Of a stretch of 64,000 bases of DNA, positions 36,969-47,309 are shown piece by piece. Source of the DNA: Leptonemataceae bacterium. Lineage in GTDB: Bacteria; Spirochaetota; Leptospiria; Leptospirales; Leptonemataceae. Positions within the stretch are counted from its first letter, which is position 1, and every line of letters starts with the position of its first letter. Where the stretch lies: contig OZ245742.1 of NCBI GenBank assembly GCA_965227295.1, positions 4,544,001-4,608,000 of the forward strand, given 5' to 3'. Both the position numbers and the translations under genes were made by a program. Below the pieces are notes generated by a model that saw nothing but the letters and a program-made list of their open reading frames with translations, searched no databases and had not been told where the DNA came from.

Positions 36969-37387
36969 CGGTTCTCTCCTGTATGTTCCGCGCCGGCCCG
37001 AGGCAGACCGGCGCGGTTTCGCATGATCTTTGTGGGCAGCGGGCCTCGCAGGCTCGCTTACACCCTGTCAGTGTTTTGACAGTTCGTATAGCAATGACCG
37101 TGCCTAACGTTGTTTTTCAGGAGATTCCGGCTCCGGGAAGGCCCTGGACAATTGAAAACGATGTTAGATTGGACAGGCCCTGGAATGGCCAACAGGTTGA
37201 TTCAAATGAACGCCTCTCGTTGGTGCGTTCTGCCAAACTCTCACCTGGCTTTAAATCAAGCATGCCCTGGAATAGTGCATCTGGCCCTGTAGGAACTTCT
37301 ACAGCAGGCCGCGGCGGCTGTTTCGGCCCAATTGCTCTTCGAAAAGATCTTAGACAGCATCACCCTGCAGTGAGATTCGTCGTGTAG

Positions 37388-38422
37388 ATGATCTTTGATC
37401 TTTCGCAGCCGGTGCCGGCCTTCCTGGCGTTCCTGGCGAGCGCGTTGGCCATCGTCATCGCCGGCTCCAGGCTCAGCCGCAACGCGGACATTCTGGCGGA
37501 TCGCACCGGACTCGGCGAGGCCCTGATGGGCGCGCTCTTCCTCGGGGCGTGCACGTCGTTGCCCGGCCTCACCGCATCGATCACCGCGGCCCTGCACGAT
37601 CGTCCGGCCCTGGCCCTGTCCAACTGCATCGGCGGCATCGCAGTGCAGACCGTATTCCTGGCCTTCGCGGACATCTCTTACCGACGCGCGAATCTGGAAC
37701 ACGCCGGCGCATCGCTGCCGAATCTCATCAGCGGTTCGTTGTTGATCAGCCTGCTCGGTCTGTTGCTCTGCGCCATGACCGGGCCGGACCTCTCGCTCTT
37801 CGGCATTCATCCTGCAACCCCGCTGATGATCGGCGGCTACATCCTGGGACTGCACCTGGTGTACCGATCGCATAAATACCCGATGTGGGTACCGCGGTTG
37901 ACGCCGCAGACCAGGACCGACGAGCCCGACGAAGAAGAACACGATGCCCCGTCGACCACGCGCATCGGCATCGAGTTTGCCGTCGGCGCGATGATCGTCC
38001 TGTACGCGGGCTGGCTGTTGACCCATGCGGTGGAGTCCATCGCCGCTTTGACGGGGATCGGCGACAGCACGGCGGGCTTTCTGTTGATTGCGATTACGAC
38101 GTCGCTTCCGGAGATGGTTACGAGCATCGCCGCGGTCCGGCGCAACGCCCTGACCCTGGCTGTGGGCGGCATCCTCGGCGGCAACGCCTTCGATACGCTC
38201 TTCGCCGCCGTGGCGGACGTCGCCTATCGGCCGGGCTCGTTGTATCATTCCGTAACTGCGACCGAAACGTTCTTAGTATCCTCGACGGTCCTGATGACCG
38301 CCGTCCTGCTGCTCGGCCTCCTGCATCGCCAGCGCAGCGGCCTTGCGAACATCGGCTTCGAAAGCGTGCTGATCCTTCTGATCTACGCCCTGGTCGTACT
38401 GACGTTGAGTTTCGGCGCCTGA
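37388..38422 (+). CDS. Sodium:calcium antiporter (CaCA family)
   Basis: Two alpha-repeats (CTSLPGL, TTSLPEM) and GGNAFD. Confidence 0.88.
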   Translation: MIFDLSQPVPAFLAFLASALAIVIAGSRLSRNADILADRTGLGEALMGALFLGACTSLPGLTASITAALHDRPALALSNCIGGIAVQTVFLAFADISYRRANLEHAGASLPNLISGSLLISLLGLLLCAMTGPDLSLFGIHPATPLMIGGYILGLHLVYRSHKYPMWVPRLTPQTRTDEPDEEEHDAPSTTRIGIEFAVGAMIVLYAGWLLTHAVESIAALTGIGDSTAGFLLIAITTSLPEMVTSIAAVRRNALTLAVGGILGGNAFDTLFAAVADVAYRPGSLYHSVTATETFLVSSTVLMTAVLLLGLLHRQRSGLANIGFESVLILLIYALVVLTLSFGA

Positions 38423-41400
38423 CCCGGCTCTTCGGCTTTAGTTTTTACGGAACGAACATTAGCCAACAACACCCCGGCCTTTGCATGCCCGGGTTCGTGT
38501 TCCAGGGCCCGTTCCAGCATCGTCTCCGCCCGTCCGAAGAGCCGCATCTTCGCGTAGATCCGTCCGAGATTCACCAGGTTCCGCACGTGGCCGTGATCGC
38601 GCAGGCGGACCCGTTCGCCGTAGTCCGCCGCGGACTCGAGGCGATTGCACTTCCGGTAGCACACCGAGGTAAGATACAGCATCTCCGTGTCCACGGGACG
38701 CAGCCGGGCATATTCCTCACCGACGGCGGCGGCCTGGCGATAGGCCTTCTTCTGCTGATAGGCGATGGCCAGGGAACGCAGGACGCCGGGATCGGCCGCG
38801 TCCAGGGAGCGCGCCTCTTTCAGCGCGGTCACCGCCCCCGCGGGATCGCCGCGCCCCAGGGCCTCGCGCCCGGTTTCGCGCAGACGATGAATCTCCGCCG
38901 CTCGCTCCGGTTCTTCCGCCGGCAGCGGCAAATCTTCTTTGTAGGCGATGCGCAGCAGAGACAGATCGTCCGTCAGTTCGCCGCGGTCTTTGATGCCGTG
39001 GACGATGCGCTCAAGGACGCCGTCGGCCTCTTCCACGCGATGCAGAAACTGCGTCTCATCTTCCTGCATGACATCGACGCCCTCTTTCGTTGCCAGACGG
39101 ATGTCGTCACGACCGTCGGAGCCCGCGATAAAGACGTCCCCGGGTTCCAACTGCAACGTGTGGATCGTGATCTGCCCCTCCACGCCCAGGGTCCCGAGCT
39201 TGCGAAAGTGAGTATCCTTTTCAATGAAGCGCGCCTGCCCTCCGCGATATAATACGCTCCAGGGATGTTCGGCGTTGATGTAATAAATGAGGCCGGCCTC
39301 GTCGTCCACGAGGCCCAGAACCAGAGACACTAACATACTTCCATCGAATGTTTCGAAAACCTTATGGAGCTCCACGAACGAGTTTTTCATCCAGCGCTCA
39401 GGAAAACGACGGCGGGTCTCACCGGACAAGTGCGTGCGCTCGATCAAGGCCTCGAACACCGCGCCGAGGACGAGCACGCCACCGGCCCCCTGCATGGACT
39501 TGCCCATGGCGTCGGCATTGATGAAGGCAATGTAGCGGCGGCCCACGAGTTCGATGGTATGAGCGATGCACACGTCTCCGCCGAGTTCATCCGCCCAGCG
39601 ACGAAAGCGGAACTTCTTCTTTTGTTCCAGGTAAAAATCCACATCCGTAAAGCGCCCCTCGGCGTGGTTCGTACTGAGCGGACGAATCAACAACGAGGTG
39701 AGAAAGTAGTCGCCGTCCTGTTGCGTCTTTAATTGCTGCACACGTCCGAGGGACTGCTCCAGCTCCGCCGTACGTTCGCGGACTTTATCCTCCAATTGCC
39801 CGGCGTATTCTTCGAGCTTCGCCCGGGCGTCTCGAATCGAAGACACCATGCCGTTGAACGAGTGCGCGAGAAAACCGATCTCGTCTTCGACCTTAACGGG
39901 CACCTCGACGTCCAGATCGCCCTCGTTGACCTGCCGCACGCCGGCCAGCAGCGCATTCAGCGGGCTCACGAGCGCCCCGTGAAAGAAGAAGCGAAACAGG
40001 ATCAACACCACGAACAACACCACGCCGAGCAACACGGCAAAGCGCGCCGCGGCAACGTCCGCGTAGCTGCGATAACTTCGATACGCAAAGCCCGCCTCGT
40101 AGACCACGGGCCTGCCGTCGGCGCGGCCCACGTACTGGAACGCCGCGTAATGTTTGTTTTGCTCCGCATCGGTGCGATAGCGGCGATCCTCCGGGGCGAG
40201 CATGGGCGTGAAGTAGGCGGCGAGGGCTGACTTCAGTTCGGCGCCGTCGCGGGAATCCTGGCTCAGATGATCCGACACCGCCCGGCCGAACGGGTGAAAG
40301 GCTTCCCCGGCATCGCCGGTTTGCCCGGCGACGTATGCCTTCACGGCCGGGCGGAAGTTCTCGTCCGGCAGTCGGCGGATCTTGTTCCAGTGATAACGCA
40401 CGGGCCGCGCCGCGGCGCGAACGCGTTCGATCAGAGCGGCCGGACTTCCGGTGGCCTGCTCCCGGATCAAACCGGCCCAGCCTGCAAAGTGTCGCGGAGT
40501 AGCAGTTAAGAAATCTTCGACGGCGGCCGCATCTTCCGCGGCGCGAACCCGCTGAAACGCGAACCCGTTGTACGCCTCCCGGGACTGCTCCGCCCGATCG
40601 TCTTCACTGAATCGAATCTCGCTCTCTCGATTCGCGTAGATTCCCCGCACACCGGCCACGTTCGCGTCGATCTCCACTCGATGCAGATACTCCAGGTCCT
40701 CCGGCCGCGCGTTCCGGAAGAGCGCGAGCTCCATCCGCTCCCGCCGCAGTTCATCGTAGGCCTCGTCGCGATCGCGCAAAGAGTAATAGCTGATTCCCTG
40801 GAGCAACAGCAGCAGCGTCACGAGGGAGATGCCGATGATCTTCGCCATGAAACTCGTGCGGTCCCGGGTGTTGTTGATGTAAATGACGACGACGGCGAAA
40901 AATCCGACGATGACGGTGATGCTGTAAGTCGTCTGAAAGGCGTCCCGGCCGATCAGTCCCTCCCGGCTCAGCGAGTTCGTAACGCCCTGGGCGAGCCCCG
41001 CGCAACCCAATACCAGAAGCATTGCGAGCGCGCTCCAGCGACCGCGCCCGCTCGTCCGGACGACCTGGTAGATACCGCTGAACAGCATGACGAAGGTATT
41101 CACCAGGATCATGAGGCCGACCAGGCGCGTGCCCGTGTCGGCGCGAAAATCCCAGTAGTGGCCCGCAAAGAAGTAGCGGTAGCCCGAGCCCAGGGTGTCT
41201 CCGTAAAAGACGGCACCCACCACGGAGACGAGCACCAACTGCACGATCAACAGCCAGCCGGTCAGTCGCGGATGCAGGACGCGCGGATAGTGCAGCAGGA
41301 ACTGAGTGATGGCCGGCGTAAGCAGGAGACCGCCGAAAACCGTGAGCCAGCGATGGTAGGCGGCGTAGGGATGATACAACGACGAGCCGAAGATGTAACC

Positions 41401-41589
41401 GAAACTCATGCAGGCGATCATCAGAAAGGCGATGCCGAGGTACAACGTCGCCCGGGACTTCGACGGCAGCGCCACGAAGTATACCCCGTAGGCCGTCGAC
41501 ATGGAAAACGAGATCATCGCGCTGACGGAAAAGAAATTGAAATAGATATCAGAAGTGAAAATAGAATAAATACTATGCATAAGCCGCAC
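38383..41589 (-). CDS. Membrane sensor with HAMP, SpoIIE/PP2C phosphatase and TPR domains
   Basis: N-terminal TM helices, DEIGFLAHSFNGM, GGD, DAMGKS, NAEHP, SDG, DDLS, C-terminal TPR-like helices. Confidence 0.9.
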   Translation of the reverse strand: MRLMHSIYSIFTSDIYFNFFSVSAMISFSMSTAYGVYFVALPSKSRATLYLGIAFLMIACMSFGYIFGSSLYHPYAAYHRWLTVFGGLLLTPAITQFLLHYPRVLHPRLTGWLLIVQLVLVSVVGAVFYGDTLGSGYRYFFAGHYWDFRADTGTRLVGLMILVNTFVMLFSGIYQVVRTSGRGRWSALAMLLVLGCAGLAQGVTNSLSREGLIGRDAFQTTYSITVIVGFFAVVVIYINNTRDRTSFMAKIIGISLVTLLLLLQGISYYSLRDRDEAYDELRRERMELALFRNARPEDLEYLHRVEIDANVAGVRGIYANRESEIRFSEDDRAEQSREAYNGFAFQRVRAAEDAAAVEDFLTATPRHFAGWAGLIREQATGSPAALIERVRAAARPVRYHWNKIRRLPDENFRPAVKAYVAGQTGDAGEAFHPFGRAVSDHLSQDSRDGAELKSALAAYFTPMLAPEDRRYRTDAEQNKHYAAFQYVGRADGRPVVYEAGFAYRSYRSYADVAAARFAVLLGVVLFVVLILFRFFFHGALVSPLNALLAGVRQVNEGDLDVEVPVKVEDEIGFLAHSFNGMVSSIRDARAKLEEYAGQLEDKVRERTAELEQSLGRVQQLKTQQDGDYFLTSLLIRPLSTNHAEGRFTDVDFYLEQKKKFRFRRWADELGGDVCIAHTIELVGRRYIAFINADAMGKSMQGAGGVLVLGAVFEALIERTHLSGETRRRFPERWMKNSFVELHKVFETFDGSMLVSLVLGLVDDEAGLIYYINAEHPWSVLYRGGQARFIEKDTHFRKLGTLGVEGQITIHTLQLEPGDVFIAGSDGRDDIRLATKEGVDVMQEDETQFLHRVEEADGVLERIVHGIKDRGELTDDLSLLRIAYKEDLPLPAEEPERAAEIHRLRETGREALGRGDPAGAVTALKEARSLDAADPGVLRSLAIAYQQKKAYRQAAAVGEEYARLRPVDTEMLYLTSVCYRKCNRLESAADYGERVRLRDHGHVRNLVNLGRIYAKMRLFGRAETMLERALEHEPGHAKAGVLLANVRSVKTKAEEPGQAPKLNVSTTRA

Positions 41590-41683
41590 GAAAAGCGAGA
41601 CGCAAAGTCATTCTACGGTTTCCCGGCAGATGTCAAGCCGGACGCGAACTTTCTCTAATGATACTCAGACGCCGCAGACGCCC

Positions 41684-42814
41684 ATGAATCACACCCGCCT
41701 TCATCCACCGCCGTCCACCGGCCCTTCGATCCTGGACTATGCCGCACGCCTCACCGGCTGGTTGGCGATCAACACGGTCCTGGGCATCATGAACGCGCTG
41801 TTGATAACGTTCTACAGCGCCGAACCGCTCACCCGGGTCTTCGCAGCGGCACAGTTGAACACGCATACGATTTGCATCATCGTCGAGATCGCCATCTACG
41901 TGGGCGGCATTCGCATATACGAGTACGGGCGACGCGCGGGGCGACCGATCATCGCCTTCGTGCTCGTCCTGCTGCTCGCCGTACTCGCCGCGTTTGCCGG
42001 CGTCTATGCCGGCGCGCATCTTACGGAGCTGTTGCTGGACTTCGATCCGCTGCAGTACGAAACGTTTTTCAGCGTCATCTACGGATCGATCCTGGCGGCC
42101 ATCGTCGTCACCGCGGTGGATCGCTGGGGTCGCCATCTCGCGCGGCGCCGTCTGGAACTGGAAAGCGCGTACCACGAGGCGCGCCTCAAGTCGCTGCAGT
42201 ACCGCATGCGCCCGCACTTTCTCTTTAACGCTCTCAACACGATCCACGCCACGCTGCGCCGCGATCCGGAGGGCGCCGGCCGCGCGCTCTTCATGCTCGC
42301 GGAGAACTATCGTTTTATTCTGGAAACCGCCGACAACACGTTGATCGACTTCGCCGAAGAATGGGAGTTTACCCGCAATTACATCGAACTGGAACGCCTG
42401 CGTTTCGCCGATCGCCTGACGGTGCAACTCGAACAGTTGCCGGACGCGGAAGCCTTCCAGGGCATTCGACTCCCGCCGCTTACCATCCAACCGCTGATCG
42501 AAAACGCCTGCGTGCACGGCATCCGTAATTTGCGCGAAGATGCGCGCATCACGCTGCGCGCGGAACGGAGGGGCACCCAGATCACAGTTGAGGTTCAGGA
42601 CAACGGACCGGGTTTTCAAAATCCGGCCGAGGAGGAAACGGGCGGCACCTTCGCGCACATCCGCCAGCGCCTGGAATTCCACTTCCCCGGCGTAGAATTG
42701 TACCGGCGTAACTTAAGCGAGGGCGAGAAAACCGGCGCCGTCGCCGGATTCCGCTTTGACGTACCGCCGGCCCCCGCAGAAAACGCAAGCGTCGCAGCGC
42801 GCACCGTCTCATGA
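41684..42814 (+). CDS. LytS/YehU-family sensor histidine kinase
   Basis: PHFLFNALNTI, IQPLIENACVHG, DNGPG. Confidence 0.92.
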   Translation: MNHTRLHPPPSTGPSILDYAARLTGWLAINTVLGIMNALLITFYSAEPLTRVFAAAQLNTHTICIIVEIAIYVGGIRIYEYGRRAGRPIIAFVLVLLLAVLAAFAGVYAGAHLTELLLDFDPLQYETFFSVIYGSILAAIVVTAVDRWGRHLARRRLELESAYHEARLKSLQYRMRPHFLFNALNTIHATLRRDPEGAGRALFMLAENYRFILETADNTLIDFAEEWEFTRNYIELERLRFADRLTVQLEQLPDAEAFQGIRLPPLTIQPLIENACVHGIRNLREDARITLRAERRGTQITVEVQDNGPGFQNPAEEETGGTFAHIRQRLEFHFPGVELYRRNLSEGEKTGAVAGFRFDVPPAPAENASVAARTVS

Positions 42815-43551
42815 AAACCCCGGACAACACGGACGCCCTCAACGCCTTCATCGTGGAGGACGAATTTCCCGCCCGGGAACTCATGGTGGACTACGTCACC
42901 GCGCGGCCGGAGCTGAAACTGGTCGGTTTCGCCCGGGACGCCGCCGAGGCCGTCGAAAAACTCCGCGACCGCGACATAGACCTGCTCTTTCTCGATGTAC
43001 AGCTGCCGGATCGCAACGGCATCGAACTACTCGGCGATCTACAACGCGTACGCCATGTCGTGTTCACCACGGCCCACGACGGTCACGCCATCCGCGCGTT
43101 CGAAATCGGGGCGGTGGACTATCTGCTGAAACCCATCTCCGAAGAACGCTTTCACCAGGCGGTGGACCGTGTGCTCGCCGTGGCCGGGGCCCGGGATCGC
43201 TGGTTCCAGCCGTCGAAACTGGGGCTCTCCATCAAAGAAGGGGACAATCACTTTCTGATCCCGCACAACGAAATCGTGTATCTCGCATCCCACGGCAAAC
43301 GCACGATCATTCACGGAACGCGCCGGGACCACGAATCCGCGCGGCTCTTAAAGGACGTCGAGGCCGATCTGCCCGGCGAGTTGTTTCAGCGCGTGCACAA
43401 GCAGTACGTCGTGAACCTGGGCTACCTTTCGCACATCCAACACCTCATCGGCGGGCGCTACGAAGCCTACTTAAAGGACGAAGACGAGTCGGTCCTGCCG
43501 GTGGGCCGCCAGTACGCCGACGCGTTGAAATCGAAGATGAACATTAAGTAG
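42811..43551 (+). CDS. LytTR-family response regulator
   Basis: LFLDVQLP, FTTAHD, DYLLKP, FQRVHKQYVVN. Confidence 0.93.
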   Translation: MKTPDNTDALNAFIVEDEFPARELMVDYVTARPELKLVGFARDAAEAVEKLRDRDIDLLFLDVQLPDRNGIELLGDLQRVRHVVFTTAHDGHAIRAFEIGAVDYLLKPISEERFHQAVDRVLAVAGARDRWFQPSKLGLSIKEGDNHFLIPHNEIVYLASHGKRTIIHGTRRDHESARLLKDVEADLPGELFQRVHKQYVVNLGYLSHIQHLIGGRYEAYLKDEDESVLPVGRQYADALKSKMNIK

Positions 43552-43574
43552 CGCGATTCTATTCTTCGCGCGAG

Positions 43575-43680
43575 GGATACGCAGGGTGGCGCGCAGCGCC
43601 AGTCCGGAGCGCGCAGCGCGGAGGACCGCAGCGAAGCGGAGCCCGGAGTAGCCCGGTCGCCGCAGGCGACGCGCCCATAA
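43575..43680 (+). repeat. Intergenic palindromic repeat family member (other copies ~16596-16773, ~52229-52337, ~57548-57664)
   Basis: Shared core GACCG(A/C)AGCGAAGCGGAGCC..G.AGCCCG...GCGCCCA. Confidence 0.8.
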
Positions 43681-43849
43681 GATTTTCGCGTTCTCCCCCG
43701 CTTTCTTCTAAATCGCCAACACGAGGAACTGCACCGTTCATTCCGGTCCACCCGTCGTTCATTCCGGCCCCGCACCGTACATGCGCAATCGCTTGCGCCG
43801 GACGCACCCGTGTGCTAAAACCACTGCAACATCCCGCAGAGGAACAGCA

Positions 43850-44581
43850 ATGAAACAGACTCAGCACAAGCACATTCGATTCGCGGCCGTGGCCGCGGCA
43901 TTGATCATCCTGGCCGGTCTCGGCTACCAGCACGACCTGTTCGCCGATCGCAGCACGGCCCTGGTCGTCCGTCTGGTCGGTAAGGCCCGGGCCAAAAGCG
44001 AGGGCGGCGACTGGAAGGCCCTCAAGAAAGGTTCCACCGTAACGGACGGCGACATGATCCAGACCGGCGACGCGTCGCAAATGGTAATCCGCTACAAGGC
44101 CGTGGAGATTCGTCTCGGACCGAACACGAAAGCCCGCGTGGCCGCCCTGCTGAATACGAACAAACCCGCGAAGGTTCAAGTCCAGGAAGGTTACAGTTGG
44201 TTCAAGATGGATAAAAACAACCCGGGCCGGCACAAGCGCTTCGAAGTCCACACGCCGACGGCGGTGGCCGGGGTCCGCGGCACGGCGTTCTCGGTCATCG
44301 AAGACGGCGACGGCGCCCTCACCTGCACCTGTGAAGGAACCGTGGAAACCAGTCAGGTCGGCGAATCTGAAAAACACACCGCGGCAACCGGGGCCTCGCA
44401 CAGCTACACCGAAGACGGCAAACGCGTCGAAAAGGATTTTACAAAATACTTCAAGGGCCTCAAAGTCGATAACAGCTTCCAGGCTTTGATCGACAAAGAC
44501 GATCGCCTCGCATCCTGCAAGTCCTGCCATCGCATGACGGACATCGCCAACGATCGCACGCCGGATCCGGAGAATTACTGA
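43850..44581 (+). CDS. FecR-domain exported protein with C-terminal CxxCH
   Basis: GDMIQTG, TPTAVAGVRGT, CTCEG, CKSCH. Confidence 0.8.
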   Translation: MKQTQHKHIRFAAVAAALIILAGLGYQHDLFADRSTALVVRLVGKARAKSEGGDWKALKKGSTVTDGDMIQTGDASQMVIRYKAVEIRLGPNTKARVAALLNTNKPAKVQVQEGYSWFKMDKNNPGRHKRFEVHTPTAVAGVRGTAFSVIEDGDGALTCTCEGTVETSQVGESEKHTAATGASHSYTEDGKRVEKDFTKYFKGLKVDNSFQALIDKDDRLASCKSCHRMTDIANDRTPDPENY

Positions 44582-44584
44582 ACG

Positions 44585-45355
44585 ATGAGTACATCACCCA
44601 CGCAGCTTACGCGCCGACGTTTTCCGGCGCGCCTCCTGTCCCTCCTCGTCGCCGCTACGGCGGCGGGGAGTTTCTTGAGTACGGACGCTCCGCTCTTCGA
44701 GTCCGGCGTCTACGCCCAGAACGGGCCGGTGGCCGCCCGGGTCGCGCGGCTCATCGGCCAGGCGCGCATTCGCGGCGCCGACGACAGTGCCTGGCGCCCC
44801 CTGCGCATCGGTTCAGCGGTCACCGACGGGGACAGCATCGAAACCGGCAAGAGTTCGCAGTTGATCATCGTGCATCGCGGCGTGCAGATTCGCCTCGGCC
44901 CGCGCACGCGCAGTCGCGTGGACACGTTGCTGGAAGCGTCTCGTCCGGGCAAGGTGCGCATTGAACGCGGTTACGGTTGGTTCAAGGTCAACGGCAAGAA
45001 ACGCCAGAACGGATTTTCCGTACAAACTCCCACGGCCGTGGCGGGAGTCCGTGGTACAATGTTCGCCATTACTCAGAACGAACGCGGCATGCTCTCATGC
45101 GTTTGCGAAGGCAGCGTGGAAACGGCCACGCAGGGCAGCGAGAATCGTAAGATCGTAGAGACCGGCGGCTCGCTTGCGTATGCGCCGGACGGCGAAACGG
45201 CGCAGAAAGATCTCAGCGAGTACTTCCGCGGCCTCAAGGCCGATCGATCGTTTCAGTCACAAATTCTCAAGGACGGGCGATTGAACTACTGCAAGTCCTG
45301 CCATCGCATGACGAACCTGGCGACGGACGACAGCCCGGACCCCGAGACGTACTGA
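44585..45355 (+). CDS. FecR-domain exported protein with C-terminal CxxCH (paralogue)
   Basis: TPTAVAGVRGT, CVCEG, CKSCH; twin-arginine-like TRRRF N-terminus. Confidence 0.8.
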   Translation: MSTSPTQLTRRRFPARLLSLLVAATAAGSFLSTDAPLFESGVYAQNGPVAARVARLIGQARIRGADDSAWRPLRIGSAVTDGDSIETGKSSQLIIVHRGVQIRLGPRTRSRVDTLLEASRPGKVRIERGYGWFKVNGKKRQNGFSVQTPTAVAGVRGTMFAITQNERGMLSCVCEGSVETATQGSENRKIVETGGSLAYAPDGETAQKDLSEYFRGLKADRSFQSQILKDGRLNYCKSCHRMTNLATDDSPDPETY

Positions 45356-45402
45356 AACGTTTTTCGCTTTATGCAAGAGACCGCGCCGGGCGCATTGCAT
45401 GT

Positions 45403-45900
45403 ATGATGAATGCATTTTTTCCTCCGTGGCGCGGGCGTTGCGCATATGTGGCGCATTCCGGCATTCTCGCCGTCCTCTTCGCCCTCCTCACCTGCGGCGC
45501 CGACTATCCCGACGTGCCGAAGACCGGCCGCCTGGAAGTCAAGGACGCGATCGTACGGGCCAATCGCCCGAACGTGAGCATGACCGCCGGTTATCTCACC
45601 ATTGAAAACGGCACCGAGAACGACGATCGTCTGCTCTCCGCAACGATCTCCGGCGCCGGCATAGACGGCGCCCGCGTGGAACTCCACGACATGTATCACG
45701 AGGGCGGCGTCATGCGTATGAACGCCGTGGAATCGATGGACGTGCCGGCCCTGTCCCGCCTGCGCTTCGCGTCGGGCAACAAACACCTTATGATCCTCGG
45801 CCTCGAAGGGGTCCTGAGTGCGGATGAAGACGTGACCCTCGAACTCCACTTCGAAAAGGCCGGCGTGGTACAGGTTACGGCGAAAGTCCAGGAGGAGTGA
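45403..45900 (+). CDS. Copper chaperone PCu(A)C
   Basis: ELHDM...MRM...HLMI motif. Confidence 0.9.
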   Translation: MMNAFFPPWRGRCAYVAHSGILAVLFALLTCGADYPDVPKTGRLEVKDAIVRANRPNVSMTAGYLTIENGTENDDRLLSATISGAGIDGARVELHDMYHEGGVMRMNAVESMDVPALSRLRFASGNKHLMILGLEGVLSADEDVTLELHFEKAGVVQVTAKVQEE

Positions 45901-46475
45901 TGCGAATGCGGTACGTTGCACTCTGTGCGCTCGTGTTCTTTTCTATGATGGGCCTGCGCTGTGGAAGCGAGCTGCGCGACTACGAAATGGACACGGCCTT
46001 CACGCTGCACAATACGAGCGGCGAAAAGTTCGCCTTTGCCGAAGAACTGCACGGCCGGGTCGTTCTACTCTACTTCGGCTTCACGCACTGCCCGGACTTC
46101 TGTCCGGCCACGCTCTCAAAAATCCGGCGAGCCTATCGTATTCTGGGCGCCCGGGCCGGGCGCGTAAGCACCGTCATGGTCACGGTGGACCCGGAGCGGG
46201 ACAGCCCGCAACGCCTCAAAGAGTACCTCGCGTCCTTCGAGGTCGACGCCATCGGCTTAACCGGCAGTAAAGATGAGTTAACGGCCGTTGCCAGACGATT
46301 CGGCGCCACGTTCCAACAACGGCCGCTGGAAAACTCGGAACTGGACTACACCGTCGACCACTCCACGTATCTGTACCTGATCGACCCCGACGGCCGCGTG
46401 CGCCACGTCTTCAAACACGACGACAGCCCGCAGTTGATCGCCGAAAAGGTCCAGGCCGTGCTGCCGTTGTTTTGA
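45897..46475 (+). CDS. SCO1/SenC family protein
   Basis: FGFTHCPDFCP, TVDPERD, VDHS. Confidence 0.95.
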   Translation: MMRMRYVALCALVFFSMMGLRCGSELRDYEMDTAFTLHNTSGEKFAFAEELHGRVVLLYFGFTHCPDFCPATLSKIRRAYRILGARAGRVSTVMVTVDPERDSPQRLKEYLASFEVDAIGLTGSKDELTAVARRFGATFQQRPLENSELDYTVDHSTYLYLIDPDGRVRHVFKHDDSPQLIAEKVQAVLPLF

Positions 46476-46552
46476 ACCACCGGGCCTCCGTACACAAAAA
46501 CGGCGCCCCGTTGCCGGTAGCGCCGTTTCGCGAGTCGCAGTCGGTTTGCTGA

Positions 46553-47167
46553 TTACAGGCGCTGCGCGTAGTATTCGACGACGAGCTGCTCGTCTACCTG
46601 GATCGGAACGTCGTCCCGGGTGGGCAGGTATTCCAGTTTGCCCTTCATCTCGCCAGGCTCGAAGGAAAGATAACCGGCCAAACGCAGCGTCGGCATTTCG
46701 ATGCTGTTCTGGATGTGCTCAATTTTCTTGCTCTTTTCGCGGACGCCCACCTCGTCGCCCGGTTCCACCCGGTAGGACGCGATGTCCACGCGGTGGCCGT
46801 TGACTTCGATGTGACCGTGGTTTACGAGCTGGCGCGCAGCCGGGATGGTCGCGGCGATGCCCAGACGAAATACGATGTTATCGAGACGTTGTTCGAGGAG
46901 GCGCAGCAGTACGAGGCCGGTCGGCTCGTGCGCGTTCTTCGCCTCGGTCATGAGGCGGCGCAACTGGCGCTCGCCCACGCCGTAGTTGTAGCGGAGCTTT
47001 TGTTTTTCGTACAGCTTCTTCTTGTATTCGCTGAACTTCTGGCGGCGGCTTTGCGCGCCCTGTCCCGGCGGATACGGGCGTTTCTGAGTGGATTTGCGGG
47101 TAAGCCCCAGCAGCGGCACACCCAATCGCCGCACCATGCGGAGTCTCGGTCCTGAATATCTTGCCAT
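46553..47167 (-). CDS. rpsD: 30S ribosomal protein S4
   Basis: MARYSGPR, EKQKLRYNYG, LEQRLDNIVFRLG, ARQLVNHGH, LVVEYY. Confidence 0.96.
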   Translation of the reverse strand: MARYSGPRLRMVRRLGVPLLGLTRKSTQKRPYPPGQGAQSRRQKFSEYKKKLYEKQKLRYNYGVGERQLRRLMTEAKNAHEPTGLVLLRLLEQRLDNIVFRLGIAATIPAARQLVNHGHIEVNGHRVDIASYRVEPGDEVGVREKSKKIEHIQNSIEMPTLRLAGYLSFEPGEMKGKLEYLPTRDDVPIQVDEQLVVEYYAQRL

Positions 47168-47309
47168 TTGAATGGCTACAAATTTACACCCGCGCGCACT
47201 GTAAAGCGTTTCCCTCTCGAAAACGCCGCGATTGCCGGTTTCCGCGCATTTTTCTCTTTGCACTTCCAGGATCGGTGGGCTAAGATCCCGATAATGGACG
47301 GGACTGCCC

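Noticed and set aside
37030..37385. Lower-GC intergenic patch
   Set aside because: No convincing ORF, repeat or RNA structure could be supported.
37885..39252. Long antisense ORFs in the core region (also 24072-25733, 55038-56312 and others)
   Set aside because: Shadow frames of high-GC genes on the opposite strand.
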